From contig OZ242318.1 of assembly GCA_965208105.1 (NCBI GenBank), positions 2,368,001 through 2,432,000 on the forward strand: 64,000 bases of DNA, written 5' to 3'. The notes beneath the pieces were generated by a model that saw only the letters and a list, made by a program, of their open reading frames with translations, ran no database searches and was not told the origin of the DNA. The DNA comes from Candidatus Latescibacterota bacterium. GTDB taxonomy: Bacteria > Latescibacterota > UBA2968 > UBA8231. The position numbers and the translations under genes are program-made. Numbering within the stretch: position 1 is the first letter of the stretch; each line of letters begins with the position of its first letter. Of this stretch, positions 20,348 to 30,555 are shown in pieces.

Positions 20348-22449
20348 TCATCCGCGGCGCGGAAACCTCTTTGAGGGTCCCTATCCGTGCTTGCCCCCGG
20401 AGAATCCTTGAATCCGGCACAGTATTCATCGCGCAGGACGCGGCGCATGACCTTGCCGGAAGCGGTTCTGGGCAGCGACTCGACGATGACCACCGCGTTA
20501 ATCCTGAAGAGAGGGTTGAGGTCGCGGCGGATGGCTGCCTGCAGGGACTCCTTCAGACACTCTGCAGGGACTTCTCCCGATACCACAGCGTAAACCACAA
20601 GTTGACTCGGCCCCCCCTGGAGGGGAGGGACGGCGATTGCGGCCGTTTCGCTGATTCCCCGCACAGAGTCGAGGGTGCGTTCGATCTCGGCCGAACTCAC
20701 CTTGATCCCACTTAGATTCATGGTGTCGTCGGCACGGCCGAGGGCGCGGTACTGATTGTTGCCGAGGCGCTCCACCTGGTCGCCGTGGCGGCGCAGGGGG
20801 ACATCCCCGGGAGGAGGCGGCGTCCCGGCAAAATACACCTCGTGGTGGTCCCTGTTCAGCAGCTCGGTGGAGAGCCCGATGGAAGGCGGGAGGAGAAAGA
20901 GCTCACCGCTGTCGGCTGGTTCGCCGTCGCCGTCGAGGACGGCAAAGTCCAGCCCCAGCGCAGGTGTGGTGAAAGTCGAAGGCGCGGCGGGCTGAACCGT
21001 GGTCGAGGTCATGTAGCCGCCCCCTATCTCCGTTCCCCCGCAGTACTCGACAACTGGCCGGTAACCCGCCAGGGACATCAGGTAGAGCATGTCGTCCGGG
21101 TTGGAGCACTCGCCCGTGGAACTGAATGCCTTGATGGCGCTCCAGTCCAGTCCCTCCATGCATCCGGTTTCCTTCCAGGCGCGCACCAGACTCGGAACCA
21201 CCCCCAGAATGCTGATCCTCGCTTCCTCCACGAATCGTCCAAATCCCCTCCCCGTTGGAGCGTCGTAGTAGAGGGCCATGGTCGCCTTATTGATCAGGCT
21301 TGCAAAGATCAGCCATGGTCCCATCATCCAGCCGAGGTTGGTTGGCCACGCCACCACATCTCCAAGATGAATGTCGTGATGCATATGGCCGTCTGCGGCA
21401 CACTTTATCGGGGTGGTCTGATTCCAGGGGATGGCCTTGGGTTCTCCCGTCGTACCCGAAGAGAACAGAATATTGATGTGATCGCAGGGACGGCGGGCCC
21501 TGGGTTCGAACCGGTCGAGAGGGCTGAGAAAATCCTCCCAGGTGGTATCGCCCGGGCGCAGTTTCACCCCCACATCCGGGGGATGGGCGGGAATCACGAT
21601 GGCACGGGGCGCATGCGCGGCGGCCACCTTGGCGTACATGGGCAATTCGGCCCCCAGCCGCGGAAGGTTGTCCTGGGTGAAAACCGCCCGTGCATTTGCC
21701 AGCCTCAGTCTCACCTCGATCTCGTGCGGCGCGAAACTGTCCGCGATGGAAACCGCCACGCAGCCCGCCTGGATTATGCCCAGGTAGGCCGCGGCGGATT
21801 CAGCCGTCATCGGCATGCAGAGGGCGACGGCATCTCCCGGACTGAAGCCGGAATCATCAAGGGCATTCGCAACCCGGCTGGAGAGGGCGAGAAGCTCCTT
21901 GTAGCGCATGGTCGAAATCGGGCCCTCCTGCGGCTGATAGACGATGGCCGGAGAGTCTCCGGCAGCCTGAAAGCAACTCTCGGCGATATTGAGCCGGGCG
22001 CCTGCCAGCCACCCGGGGGACTCCACGCCCCGGGAAAGATCAGCGATGGCGGTATACGGCCTCCTCAGCCTGATGCCCAGCCGCTGAATCATCAATTCCC
22101 AATAGCGCAAGCGGTGCGCGGCAGACCAGGCGTGGAGCTCCGGGTAGGAATCCAGCTTCAGGTACCTGGTCAGCGCGGCGATGTTCGTATTCCCGGCCTG
22201 TCCATCCTCGGGGAACCAGGCTGGTGCGGGTCCCCTGGCGGGGTTCCAGCCGCAATATGCGGCCTCGAACAGCAGCTTGTGAAGCCGAAATGGATGTCCC
22301 GGTTTCAACAACTCCCTGGACAGTTTCTTCCAGCATTCAGAGGGGGAAGGAGAGGCGAGAATTTCGTTGGCCCGGGGCAGAAGCTTCGCTGCGGCAGGCT
22401 CCTCCAAACCGCAGGCGATGAGTTGATCGAGGGTCGTCCTTTTCGCCAT
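20332..22449 (-). CDS. Acyl-CoA synthetase / AMP-binding enzyme (ACS-like)
   Basis: ILFSSGTTGEPK, YCGGTEIGG, GRADD and LPRTASGKVMRR adenylation motifs; start taken as MAKRTT. Confidence 0.9.
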   Translation of the reverse strand: MAKRTTLDQLIACGLEEPAAAKLLPRANEILASPSPSECWKKLSRELLKPGHPFRLHKLLFEAAYCGWNPARGPAPAWFPEDGQAGNTNIAALTRYLKLDSYPELHAWSAAHRLRYWELMIQRLGIRLRRPYTAIADLSRGVESPGWLAGARLNIAESCFQAAGDSPAIVYQPQEGPISTMRYKELLALSSRVANALDDSGFSPGDAVALCMPMTAESAAAYLGIIQAGCVAVSIADSFAPHEIEVRLRLANARAVFTQDNLPRLGAELPMYAKVAAAHAPRAIVIPAHPPDVGVKLRPGDTTWEDFLSPLDRFEPRARRPCDHINILFSSGTTGEPKAIPWNQTTPIKCAADGHMHHDIHLGDVVAWPTNLGWMMGPWLIFASLINKATMALYYDAPTGRGFGRFVEEARISILGVVPSLVRAWKETGCMEGLDWSAIKAFSSTGECSNPDDMLYLMSLAGYRPVVEYCGGTEIGGGYMTSTTVQPAAPSTFTTPALGLDFAVLDGDGEPADSGELFLLPPSIGLSTELLNRDHHEVYFAGTPPPPGDVPLRRHGDQVERLGNNQYRALGRADDTMNLSGIKVSSAEIERTLDSVRGISETAAIAVPPLQGGPSQLVVYAVVSGEVPAECLKESLQAAIRRDLNPLFRINAVVIVESLPRTASGKVMRRVLRDEYCAGFKDSPGASTDRDPQRGFRAADDHPTR

Positions 22450-22609
22450 TGGGGAAATATATGGTGGATGTGCCCGCATGGAAACAGGCCCTCCCTCCCG
22501 GGAAGACAGCCCTATTGGATAAGACGGCATTGACCTCGTTGGACGCAAATGACAAATTGCAAAGGAGCTCACCAAGGCTGCCGGTCTTGCCCTTTGAAAA
22601 GAGGTTGGC

Positions 22610-23791
22610 ATGGATGGTCCGCGAGCGTGCCGCGAAGATGACTTCGAGGAGACTGTCGCCCTCGTCAATGCAGTGTTCAGAGCGGGCACTGACCAGGACA
22701 TACGCACCGACTACCCGCTGGTATTCAACGCGAATCGAATGCACTACATGCGCATCATTCGGGTTGACGGGAAGGTGGTTGCCCACGTGCCGGTCGCGCC
22801 ACGGGGGGTCGTTGCCTCGGAAGACCGGTTCATCGTGGGTATAATCAGCCCCACGGCTACCCATGCGGACTATCGCCGGCGCTCATACGGGACCCGGTGC
22901 CTGCGGGACTGTGTGCGCCTCATGGAAGAGAACGGGTGGCCGGTCTCGGCGCTGTGGACCCTGGAGGAGACTTTTCCCTTTTACCGCAATTCCGGGTGGG
23001 AGGCGGTGTCTTCCCAGGGCTGGGTATACCACCTGACGGGGTTGGAGCACCGGCTTTTCAAGGCCGGAGAATTCGATGTCGTTCCATTTGATCCAGGGGA
23101 GGCGGGGCATCTGACCGCGGTCGAGAAGCTCCACAACGCCGAGCCCTTCCGCATCGCGCGGTCCCGCTCCGAATACCTTGCCCTTTTCACCCTGCCCAAG
23201 ATAAGCACCTTCCTGGCGCGAAGGGCAGGAAGAACGGTTTCCTATTTGATGTATGGAGAGGGCAGAAACAAACCCGGACTGATCGAGGCCGGTGGAGACA
23301 TGAGGGGCCTGGAAGCCCTGGTCAGGCACATCCTGCTGGAGCTCGCGCCGACAGAGCAGATACAGGTGGTGACACCCTTGACCCCGACGGTCCTGCAAAG
23401 GCTCATGGAGCACAAGAAGCCGGGAACCGGGCGTCCGGTGGAGGTGGCCGATGGCATCAGCTACCAGATGATGAGGGTGAACAGTCTCGAAGGACTGCTG
23501 AGGCGGATCGAGAACCACCTGCGCAGCAAGGCCGCCGGTCTGACCGGCGCCGCCTGCCTGAAGTGCAGTGAATCAGGAGAAGCCGTTACCCTGAGGTTCG
23601 GCGCCGGTGAGGTCGAGATCCTCTCCGGCCAGGCAGCGGACCCGCTGGAGCTGACCAGAAGACAGTTGGCGCAGCTCATCTTCGGTGGACATTCTTCAGG
23701 CGAACCGATCGAGGCCACCGGAGAAGCGGGAAGAATAGTGCAAAAGGTTTTCCCCTATTACTTCCCCATCTGGGAGCTGGACCACTCGTAG
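22610..23791 (+). CDS. GNAT family acetyltransferase (Eis-like, probable C-terminal SCP2-like domain)
   Basis: TATHADYRRRSYGT acetyl-CoA binding loop and PFYRNSGWE; 393 aa. Confidence 0.75.
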   Translation: MDGPRACREDDFEETVALVNAVFRAGTDQDIRTDYPLVFNANRMHYMRIIRVDGKVVAHVPVAPRGVVASEDRFIVGIISPTATHADYRRRSYGTRCLRDCVRLMEENGWPVSALWTLEETFPFYRNSGWEAVSSQGWVYHLTGLEHRLFKAGEFDVVPFDPGEAGHLTAVEKLHNAEPFRIARSRSEYLALFTLPKISTFLARRAGRTVSYLMYGEGRNKPGLIEAGGDMRGLEALVRHILLELAPTEQIQVVTPLTPTVLQRLMEHKKPGTGRPVEVADGISYQMMRVNSLEGLLRRIENHLRSKAAGLTGAACLKCSESGEAVTLRFGAGEVEILSGQAADPLELTRRQLAQLIFGGHSSGEPIEATGEAGRIVQKVFPYYFPIWELDHS

Positions 23792-23854
23792 ATAAAGGGG
23801 ATTGGCGTTGCCTCCCGGAGCCGGATGGAACGCCAGGGCGAGTGCGGAAATCCT

Positions 23855-26548
23855 CTAATCGGCACTCGCCATACGCCGCAATACGGTCTGCAGGATTCCT
23901 CCGTTCCGGTAGTAATCGATCTCAACCGGTGTATCTATGCGGCAGATGGCGATGAACCGCTTCTCGCTGCCTCCCCCGCGCACTACAACCTCGAGTTCCT
24001 GTCCGGGCCGCAGCTCGTCGTCCAGGCCTCCGATGTCGTATTCTTCCTCGCCGCTCAGACCAAGGCTGTTGCGGTCCTCGCCTTCCTTGAACTGCAGCGG
24101 CAGAATGCCCATGCCGATCAGGTTGGAGCGGTGGATGCGCTCATAACTCTCCGCGATTACGGCCTTGACCCCCTGGAGGAAGGGGCCTTTGGCCGCCCAA
24201 TCCCGGCTTGAACCCGTTCCATATTCCTTCCCCGCCAACACGATGGTCGGAGTGCCGTCCTGCTTGTACCTCTCGGCCGCCTCGTAGATCGACATCCGCT
24301 CTCCACTGGGAAGATATCGAGTATGCCCGCCCTCGGCTCCGGGCACCAATTCGTTCCGGATGCGGATATTGGCAAAGGTACCGCGCATCATTACCTCGTG
24401 GTTTCCACGGCGCGAGCCGTAGCTGTTCCAATCTCGCCGCTCGACCTCGTGGCTTTCCAGGTATTGGGCCGCCGGACTCTCTGCGGCGATGGACCCCGCC
24501 GGCGAAATATGGTCGGTGGTGACGCTGTCGGCGAGCTTGGCCAGGACGCGGGCGCCGACGATCGGTTCCACGGCCGGTGCCTCGCGGCCCAGGTCAGCGA
24601 AGAAAGTAGGCCGGCGGATATAGGTGCTTTCCTCGTCCCAGTTGTAGATCTCGCCAGCGGGAACGCGAATGTTGTTCCAGATTTCGTTGCCGCTGAATAC
24701 ATTGGCGTACTCCTCGGCGAACATCCTGGGATGTACCGCTTGGGCGACCTCGGAGCGGACCTCCTCCTGGCCGGGCCAGATGTCGCGCAAATAGACCGGC
24801 CGGCCTTCCCGGTCTAGGCCCAACGCCTCAATCTCGAAGTCCAGATCGACCCGGCCGGCCAGGGCATAGGCCACTACGAGGGGGGGCGAAGCCAGGAAAT
24901 TCGCCCGGGTCAGGGGGTGCACCCTGCCTTCAAAATTGCGGTTGCCGCTGAGCACGCTGCAAACGACCAGGTCATTCGCTTCAATGGCCTTCTCGATCGG
25001 CTCGAGCAGCGGACCGGAGTTCCCGATGCAGGTCGTGCATCCGTAGCCGACGGTGTGGAACCCCAGAGCTTCCAGATCCTTGTCGAGGCCGGAAGCCTTC
25101 AAATAGCGCGTCACTACACGCGACCCAGGTGCCAAGCTGGTCTTGACGTGAGCCGGCACACTCAGCCCTCTTTCCACCGCGTGACGCGCCAGGAGGCCCG
25201 CCCCTACCATCACCGCCGGATTACTGGTATTGGTGCACGAAGTAATGGCGGCGATAACCACCGCGCCATCGCTCAACTCGGCCCTGTTTCCATTCGCTTC
25301 CACCTCCACCCGGGCGCCGGGGGTTTTTGCGCCGGAGGATTGCCTGAAGTCCCTTTCGAAAGTGCTCTTCATGGACCGCATTGGAACCCTGTCCTGAGGC
25401 CGGGTCGGTCCGGCGAGACTGGGCTCCACGGTACCCATATCCAACTCCAGCGTTTCGCTGAAAACCGAGTCGGGCGCCGTGCTGCGGTAGTAGATTCCCT
25501 GGGCCTCGGCGTAGGCCTCGACGCGCTCGGCCAAGGCCGGTTTGCGGCCGCTCTGTCTCAGGTAGCGCAAGGTTTCCTCGTCCACCGGGAACATGCCTAC
25601 CGTGGCCCCGTACTCCGGGGCCATGTTGGCCAGGGTGGCGCGGTCCGCCAGGCTCAACGTGCCAAGTCCCGGTCCGTAAAACTCCACGAATTTTCCAACC
25701 ACGCCGTGCCGGCGCAGCATCTGGGTAGCCGTCAGCACGAGGTCGGTGGCCGTGGTCCCCGGAGGGAGTTCTCCCTCGAGCCTGAACCCCACGACGTGGG
25801 GCAGCAGCATATAGATTGGCTGGCCCAGCATCACCGCTTCCGCCTCGATGCCGCCTGCTCCCCAGCCCAGTACCCCCAGGCCATTGATCATTGTCGTGTG
25901 GCTGTCGGTACCCACCAGGCTGTCCGGGAAGAAGACCGTGCCGCCCTCCCCATCGGTCTGCTCCTGGACCACCGAAGCCAGGTACTCCAGGTTTACCTGG
26001 TGTACGATTCCCGTCGCGGGGGGAACGACTCGAAAATTGTCGAAGGCATCCTGTCCCCAACGCAAGAACTCGTAGCGCTCCTTGTTGCGTTCGAACTCGC
26101 GCGCGGCGTTCAATTCCAGAGCGCGGCGCAGGCCGTAGTGATCCACCTGCACCGAGTGATCGATCACCAGATCCACTGGAATGAGGGGGTTGACCTTACC
26201 GGGGTCGGCGCCCAACTCGACCATGGCGTCGCGCATGGCGGCCAGGTCGACCACCGCGGGCACCCCGGTGAAGTCCTGCATGACCACGCGCGCGGGTTTG
26301 AAAGGGATCTCCTCCCTGCCGGCGGTCTGTGGGCTCCACCTTGCTATGCGCTCCACATCTTCAGGAGTGATCTCGAATCCGTCGCATTGACGCAGCGCCG
26401 CCTCCAGCAGAACCTTGATCGAATAGGGCAGCCGGCTGGTTGCGGCGACGCCATCCTCCTCCAGCTTTTGAATTCGAAAGATCGAACCTGTACCGGCGCT
26501 CGACTCCAGGGTGGTCCTGGCGCCGAATGCATCGTTGCTCCCTGCCAT
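23855..26548 (-). CDS. acnA: Aconitate hydratase A
   Basis: [53 protein letters not shown] and [10 protein letters not shown] motifs. Confidence 0.98.
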   Translation of the reverse strand: MAGSNDAFGARTTLESSAGTGSIFRIQKLEEDGVAATSRLPYSIKVLLEAALRQCDGFEITPEDVERIARWSPQTAGREEIPFKPARVVMQDFTGVPAVVDLAAMRDAMVELGADPGKVNPLIPVDLVIDHSVQVDHYGLRRALELNAAREFERNKERYEFLRWGQDAFDNFRVVPPATGIVHQVNLEYLASVVQEQTDGEGGTVFFPDSLVGTDSHTTMINGLGVLGWGAGGIEAEAVMLGQPIYMLLPHVVGFRLEGELPPGTTATDLVLTATQMLRRHGVVGKFVEFYGPGLGTLSLADRATLANMAPEYGATVGMFPVDEETLRYLRQSGRKPALAERVEAYAEAQGIYYRSTAPDSVFSETLELDMGTVEPSLAGPTRPQDRVPMRSMKSTFERDFRQSSGAKTPGARVEVEANGNRAELSDGAVVIAAITSCTNTSNPAVMVGAGLLARHAVERGLSVPAHVKTSLAPGSRVVTRYLKASGLDKDLEALGFHTVGYGCTTCIGNSGPLLEPIEKAIEANDLVVCSVLSGNRNFEGRVHPLTRANFLASPPLVVAYALAGRVDLDFEIEALGLDREGRPVYLRDIWPGQEEVRSEVAQAVHPRMFAEEYANVFSGNEIWNNIRVPAGEIYNWDEESTYIRRPTFFADLGREAPAVEPIVGARVLAKLADSVTTDHISPAGSIAAESPAAQYLESHEVERRDWNSYGSRRGNHEVMMRGTFANIRIRNELVPGAEGGHTRYLPSGERMSIYEAAERYKQDGTPTIVLAGKEYGTGSSRDWAAKGPFLQGVKAVIAESYERIHRSNLIGMGILPLQFKEGEDRNSLGLSGEEEYDIGGLDDELRPGQELEVVVRGGGSEKRFIAICRIDTPVEIDYYRNGGILQTVLRRMASAD

Positions 26549-26828
26549 GCTTCAGTCACTCCGGATGTGGGTTTTCCGCTTCAATGAAAGTAGTTTGGAC
26601 CCCCCGTCTGTCAAGCGGGGCAGGATGGAATCAGCTGCTCGAGGGGGTATCCGCCGGGCTCCTATTCCGGCTTCCCTGCCCACTGGGCATCCCGGCTGGA
26701 TTCTCCATGAATCTGCCGGTTCGAGGCACGGCCGCCTTTGCCCATTTGGCGGAATTTCGTACTATCTCTCCAACCGCGATTGGCAACCGGATTCGATCAA
26801 GCAATGCGTGTCCCCGAAAGAAACCTCC

Positions 26829-28640
26829 GTGCAAAATCTGGGCAGTTTCCTTGACCTGTTGAGGGCCGAAGACGAACTCGTCACCGTGGAAGCCCCCGTT
26901 GACCCGGACCTGGAGATTGCCGAAATCCACAGACGCGTCATCGCCTCGGGAGGGCCGGCCCTGCTCTTCACCCGGGTCAAAGGGGCCGACTTCCCCTGCG
27001 TGACCAATCTCTTCGGCACCACCAGACGCGTCGACCTGGCCTTCGGCAAGCGGCCTGAGCGGTTCCTTGCCCAGCTGGTCGAGGCGGTTCAGGATCTGGC
27101 CAGCATGTCGGCGGGAAAGCTGTGGAAACACCGCAGGCTGGCAGCCGCGGGGGGCCGGATCGGCCTGAAGACGGTCTCGCGCGGCCCCATCCTCGAGTGC
27201 CGCCAATCGCCGCCCGATCTGGGACGACTGCCCTTGCTCAAGACCTGGCCTCAGGACGGAGGCGCGTTCATCACCCTACCCCTGGTCTATACCGAACATC
27301 CTGACACCCTTTGCCACAACCTGGGGATCTACCGCATCCAGCGCTACGACGGCCAAACCACGGGCGTGCACTGGCAGATCCAGAAAGGCGGAGGATTCCA
27401 CTACCATGTCGCTGAAGAGCGCGGACAGGCCCTGCCGTTGACGATCTTCGTCGGCGGTCCTCCCGCTCTGATCCTGGCTGCCATTGCGCCGCTGCCTGAA
27501 AACCTGCCCGAGCTCATCCTTGCCTCCCTGCTCCAGGGCGGCAAGCTCCAGCGCGTCAAGAACCCGGCGGGTGGAGCCCCACTCATCGCGGCGGCCGAAT
27601 TCGCCATTCAGGGAATTGTTCCACCGCATATCCGCCGCACCGAGGGCCCTTTCGGCGATCATTACGGCTACTACTCTCTGCGCCACGACTACCCCATCTT
27701 CCAGGTCCAACAACTATTTCACCGCAAGGATGCCGTCTTTCCCGCCACGGTGGTGGGCAAGCCGCCACAGGAGGACTTCTTCCTTGGCAACTACATCCAG
27801 ACCCTGATGGCGCCGCTGAGCCGGATGGTGATGCCGTCCATCGAGGCCATCTGGAGCTACGGAGAAACCGGCTACCATTCTCTTTGCAGCATCGTTGTGC
27901 GGGAACGCTATCCACGCGAGGCCATGAAGTTCGCATTCCGGATCCTGGGAGAGGACGGCGGCCAACTGGCCCTGACCAAGTTCCTGGTCGTCGTGGACCG
28001 CCACCTGGACCTGACCGATTTTCGCCAGGTCCTCGCCTATGCCCTGGAGCGGGCCCAACTGGAGACCGACCTGTTCATCATCGCCAACCTGGCCATGGAC
28101 AGCCTCGACTATACCGGCCCCGAAATCAACAAGGGCAGCAAGGGTATTCTGATAGGGGTGGGACCGCCCAGGCGCCAACTTCCCCGTGAGTTCGCCGGAG
28201 AATTGCCCGGCGGCGCCCGTTCCGCCGCGCCTTACTGCCCGGGATGCCTGGCGGTCAGCGGGCCCGCATACGGCGCCGACCCCGACTACGCCCAGAGGCT
28301 TGCACGCGACACATCCCTCTCAGGATGGCCCCTCGTCTTCCTGGTGGACGACACCGGAATTGCCTCCAGAAACATCGCCTTCCTGTGGAGCACATTCACC
28401 CGTTTCGAGCCCGCCGCCGATCTCTACGCGGCCTCCACCCGCCTGCACCGCCACCACCTGTGCTATACTCCTCCGCTGATCCTCGACTGCAGGATGAAAC
28501 CGGGATATCCGGAGGAGTTGAGCTCCGACCCGGAAGTCTCCGAACGGGTAACCCGGCGCTGGGCCGAATATTTCCCCGATGGCCGCGTGGAAGGAGCTGC
28601 AGACTCCCTGGGCTATGGTGGATTCGACCTGCTCGATTAG
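26829..28640 (+). CDS. UbiD family (prFMN-dependent) decarboxylase, probably for quinone biosynthesis
   Basis: NLFGT, TWPQDGG.FITLP, NLGIYR, EGPFGDHYGYYS and GKPPQED motifs; start approximate. Confidence 0.9.
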   Translation: MQNLGSFLDLLRAEDELVTVEAPVDPDLEIAEIHRRVIASGGPALLFTRVKGADFPCVTNLFGTTRRVDLAFGKRPERFLAQLVEAVQDLASMSAGKLWKHRRLAAAGGRIGLKTVSRGPILECRQSPPDLGRLPLLKTWPQDGGAFITLPLVYTEHPDTLCHNLGIYRIQRYDGQTTGVHWQIQKGGGFHYHVAEERGQALPLTIFVGGPPALILAAIAPLPENLPELILASLLQGGKLQRVKNPAGGAPLIAAAEFAIQGIVPPHIRRTEGPFGDHYGYYSLRHDYPIFQVQQLFHRKDAVFPATVVGKPPQEDFFLGNYIQTLMAPLSRMVMPSIEAIWSYGETGYHSLCSIVVRERYPREAMKFAFRILGEDGGQLALTKFLVVVDRHLDLTDFRQVLAYALERAQLETDLFIIANLAMDSLDYTGPEINKGSKGILIGVGPPRRQLPREFAGELPGGARSAAPYCPGCLAVSGPAYGADPDYAQRLARDTSLSGWPLVFLVDDTGIASRNIAFLWSTFTRFEPAADLYAASTRLHRHHLCYTPPLILDCRMKPGYPEELSSDPEVSERVTRRWAEYFPDGRVEGAADSLGYGGFDLLD

Positions 28641-28689
28641 GGTTTTGGCGGGGAAGGATCTGTCCAGGCGATGACCCCCTTGCCATGGC

Positions 28690-28718
28690 TTGCAGGGACA
28701 GGTTCCGGCCTCTATATT
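28690..28718 (+). promoter_or_regulatory. Putative sigma70 promoter for tRNA-Glu
   Basis: TTGCAG-N17-TATATT upstream of MITE copy 2 and the tRNA. Confidence 0.45.
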
Positions 28719-28730
28719 TGATGCCCTTCA

Positions 28731-28898
28731 CCAGTCTCCCGTCGCAGAGATAGGTTGACGCAATTGGGACGCCGAGGCGCCAGGCTCACAAGGCGCCTGA
28801 GCGAGTCGTACCAGTGGTGTACGGCGAGTGAAGGCAACGCCGTGAGCCGGGATGGATCGGCGGGAAAATTGCGACGTATTTCTGCGACGGGACACTTG
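28731..28898. mobile_element. MITE-like element, copy 2
   Basis: Near-identical to 444-612 (core GGCGCCAGGCTCACAAGGCGCCTGAGCGAGTCGTACCAGTGGTGTAC is identical); TIR ends slightly eroded (CCAGTCTCCC.../...GGGACACTTG). Confidence 0.85.
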
Positions 28899-28920
28899 AG
28901 CAGCACATCCATTCCTTTGG

Positions 28921-28995
28921 GCTCCCATCGTCTAGCGGTCAGGACCCCAGATTTTCAATCTGGTAACCGGAGTTCGACTCTCCGTGGGAGCACCA
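28921..28995 (+). tRNA. tRNA-Glu (TTC)
   Basis: Acceptor stem GCTCCCA/TGGGAGC, anticodon arm CCAGA-TT-TTC-AA-TCTGG, T-loop GTTCGA, encoded CCA. Confidence 0.97.
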
Positions 28996-29147
28996 TTTTT
29001 CTTGTTCCTCTTAGTTTTCCTCTGTTCCATAATATTCTATAACCAGTTGGAAGAGAATAAGTTCCATCATTCCACTTTGTCCTTGACCATTCCATGGGAT
29101 TCCCCTGTATTCCACATTATTTGTGGGAATAAACGTGGGGAAATGTC

Positions 29148-29851
29148 ATGGGAAAGCTTACAGCAGCCAAGGTAAAATCGCTCCTGAAGCCAGGTCGCTA
29201 CGGCGATGGCGGGACCCTGTTCCTGTACGTCGCTCCGGGGGGATCGAAGTCCTGGATTCAGCGCCTGACCATCAAAGGGCGTCGCCGGGACATGGGCTTG
29301 GGAGCTTATCCCCTCGTCAGTCTGAGGGAAGCCCGGGATAAGGCCTTCGAAAATCGCAGGCTTGCTCGCTCCGAGGGGATCCGCTCGCCGAAAAGCGGAG
29401 AGCCCGGACTCCGACCTTCCGGCAAGCTGCCCAGGCGACCTTCGAAGCCAACAGGCCGCGCTGGCGCAATGCCAAGGTCGCCTCGAACTGGATGCAGCAA
29501 CTGAAGCGTCATGCATTCCCTCATCTTGGGGACCTACCGGTGGACCGGATCATGCGCAAGGACGTGCTGGCGGTATTGACGCCGATATGGACTAGCAAGC
29601 CGGAGACGGCGCGACGCGTGCGGAGATCCATCAAGGCCACCCTGCGCTGGTGTCAAACGCACGGGTATATTGAGCACAACATGGCCGGGGAGGCAATTGA
29701 TGGTGCTCTACCTTCGATGAGGCCTATCAGTCATCACCTTCGGGCTTTACCCTACCATGAAGTCAACGAGGCGTTAGGCATTGTTGAAGGATCCGAGGCA
29801 TCTCCATCGGTGAAACTGTGTTTTCAAATTCCTGGTATTAACGGCAGCGAG
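29148..29851 (+). pseudogene. P4-like tyrosine integrase (Arm-DNA-binding + SAM-like domains), frameshifted and truncated
   Basis: KPGRYGDGGTLFLYV..GGSKSWIQR...RDMGLGAYP.VSL; frameshifts in a G run (~29377) and a T run (~29822); ends at FLVLTAAR where an IS end begins. Confidence 0.9.
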
Positions 29852-29902
29852 GTGGACCCCATTCTTTGGACAGCCTGGCAGCCTGATAAAGGTGGATTTC
29901 TT
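29849..29902 (-). mobile_element. IS3-family terminal segment (inverted copy of the end at 33082-33135)
   Basis: Reverse complement matches 33082-33135 at 50/54 nt. Confidence 0.75.
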
Positions 29903-30018
29903 ACCTGCCCAGAAAATTCTCCTTTATTTCCCCCCAAGATAGATGGCCTACGGCGGTAGGAATCCGAGAAAAGACTACGGGTTTGCCTGCAAGAGAGTGC
30001 CGGGTGACAGACTTGCTT

Positions 30019-30093
30019 GAGCCGTGTGCGGTGAAAGTCGCATGCACGTTTCCGAGGGGGCCGGGGGATGGTGACATCCTCCGGCTACCCGAC
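30019..30093 (+). ncRNA. Group II intron 3' remnant (domains V and VI)
   Basis: GAGCCGTGTGCGGTGAAAGTCGCATGCACGTTTC is DV with AGC triad and GAAA loop; DVI GGGGCCGGGGGATG-GTGA-CATCCTCCGGCTACCC ends in GAC; no RT ORF present. Confidence 0.85.
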
Positions 30094-30329
30094 CCTCACC
30101 GTGCTTTGGCCCACTGGCCACCGGCGCCGGAGGCCGTCCTGCCCAGGATGCAGGGTGGGAATTCATCCTTTGGAAATGGCCCCTTAATGATTTCTGCACT
30201 ATTTTCGTAGTTGGCACCATTCGTGGGGGCAGGTCATGGATAGGAAGGGGTTTCGTGCTGTCATTAATTTAGCAGAAATCTCAGGACATGACCGCCCGTC
30301 TTACGCATTCAGCCAATTATCGCAAGAAA

Positions 30330-30405
30330 AGAGTGGAAGAGGTGTTCGGCGCGATTCAGGGCAAAGTCGTCTATCACGAAAACATCAACCTGCCCACCGC
30401 CGGAA
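30330..30405 (+). pseudogene. Possible fragment of a small type II antitoxin-like protein
   Basis: VEEVFGAIQGKVVYHENINLPT resembles the C-terminal 'FG..kGk......di..P' tail of Phd/DUF2281-type antitoxins; resemblance is weak. Confidence 0.25.
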
Positions 30406-30555
30406 TCCGGGAGCGCACGACGCTGTTGAAGATAGGTGATAAGAAACCCGCACGGCCCATTTGCGCCCTCTCGGCGCCTTGACAGGGTATCGAAACAGGG
30501 GCCTTATTATTCGATTAGCCTGCCACCCTGGCGGAGGGACACATAAGAAGGAGCC

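Noticed and set aside
24917-26587. 556-aa plus-strand ORF
   Set aside because: Antisense shadow of acnA; such shadows are common in GC-rich DNA and it has no recognisable motifs
30190-30285. Short segments that might be further IS termini (CTGCACTATTTTCGTAGTTGGCACC; TTAGCAGAAATCTCAGG), and CGTGGGGGCA as a possible attR
   Set aside because: No partner repeat or transposase in the window; the tRNA-like match is too short and has a mismatch
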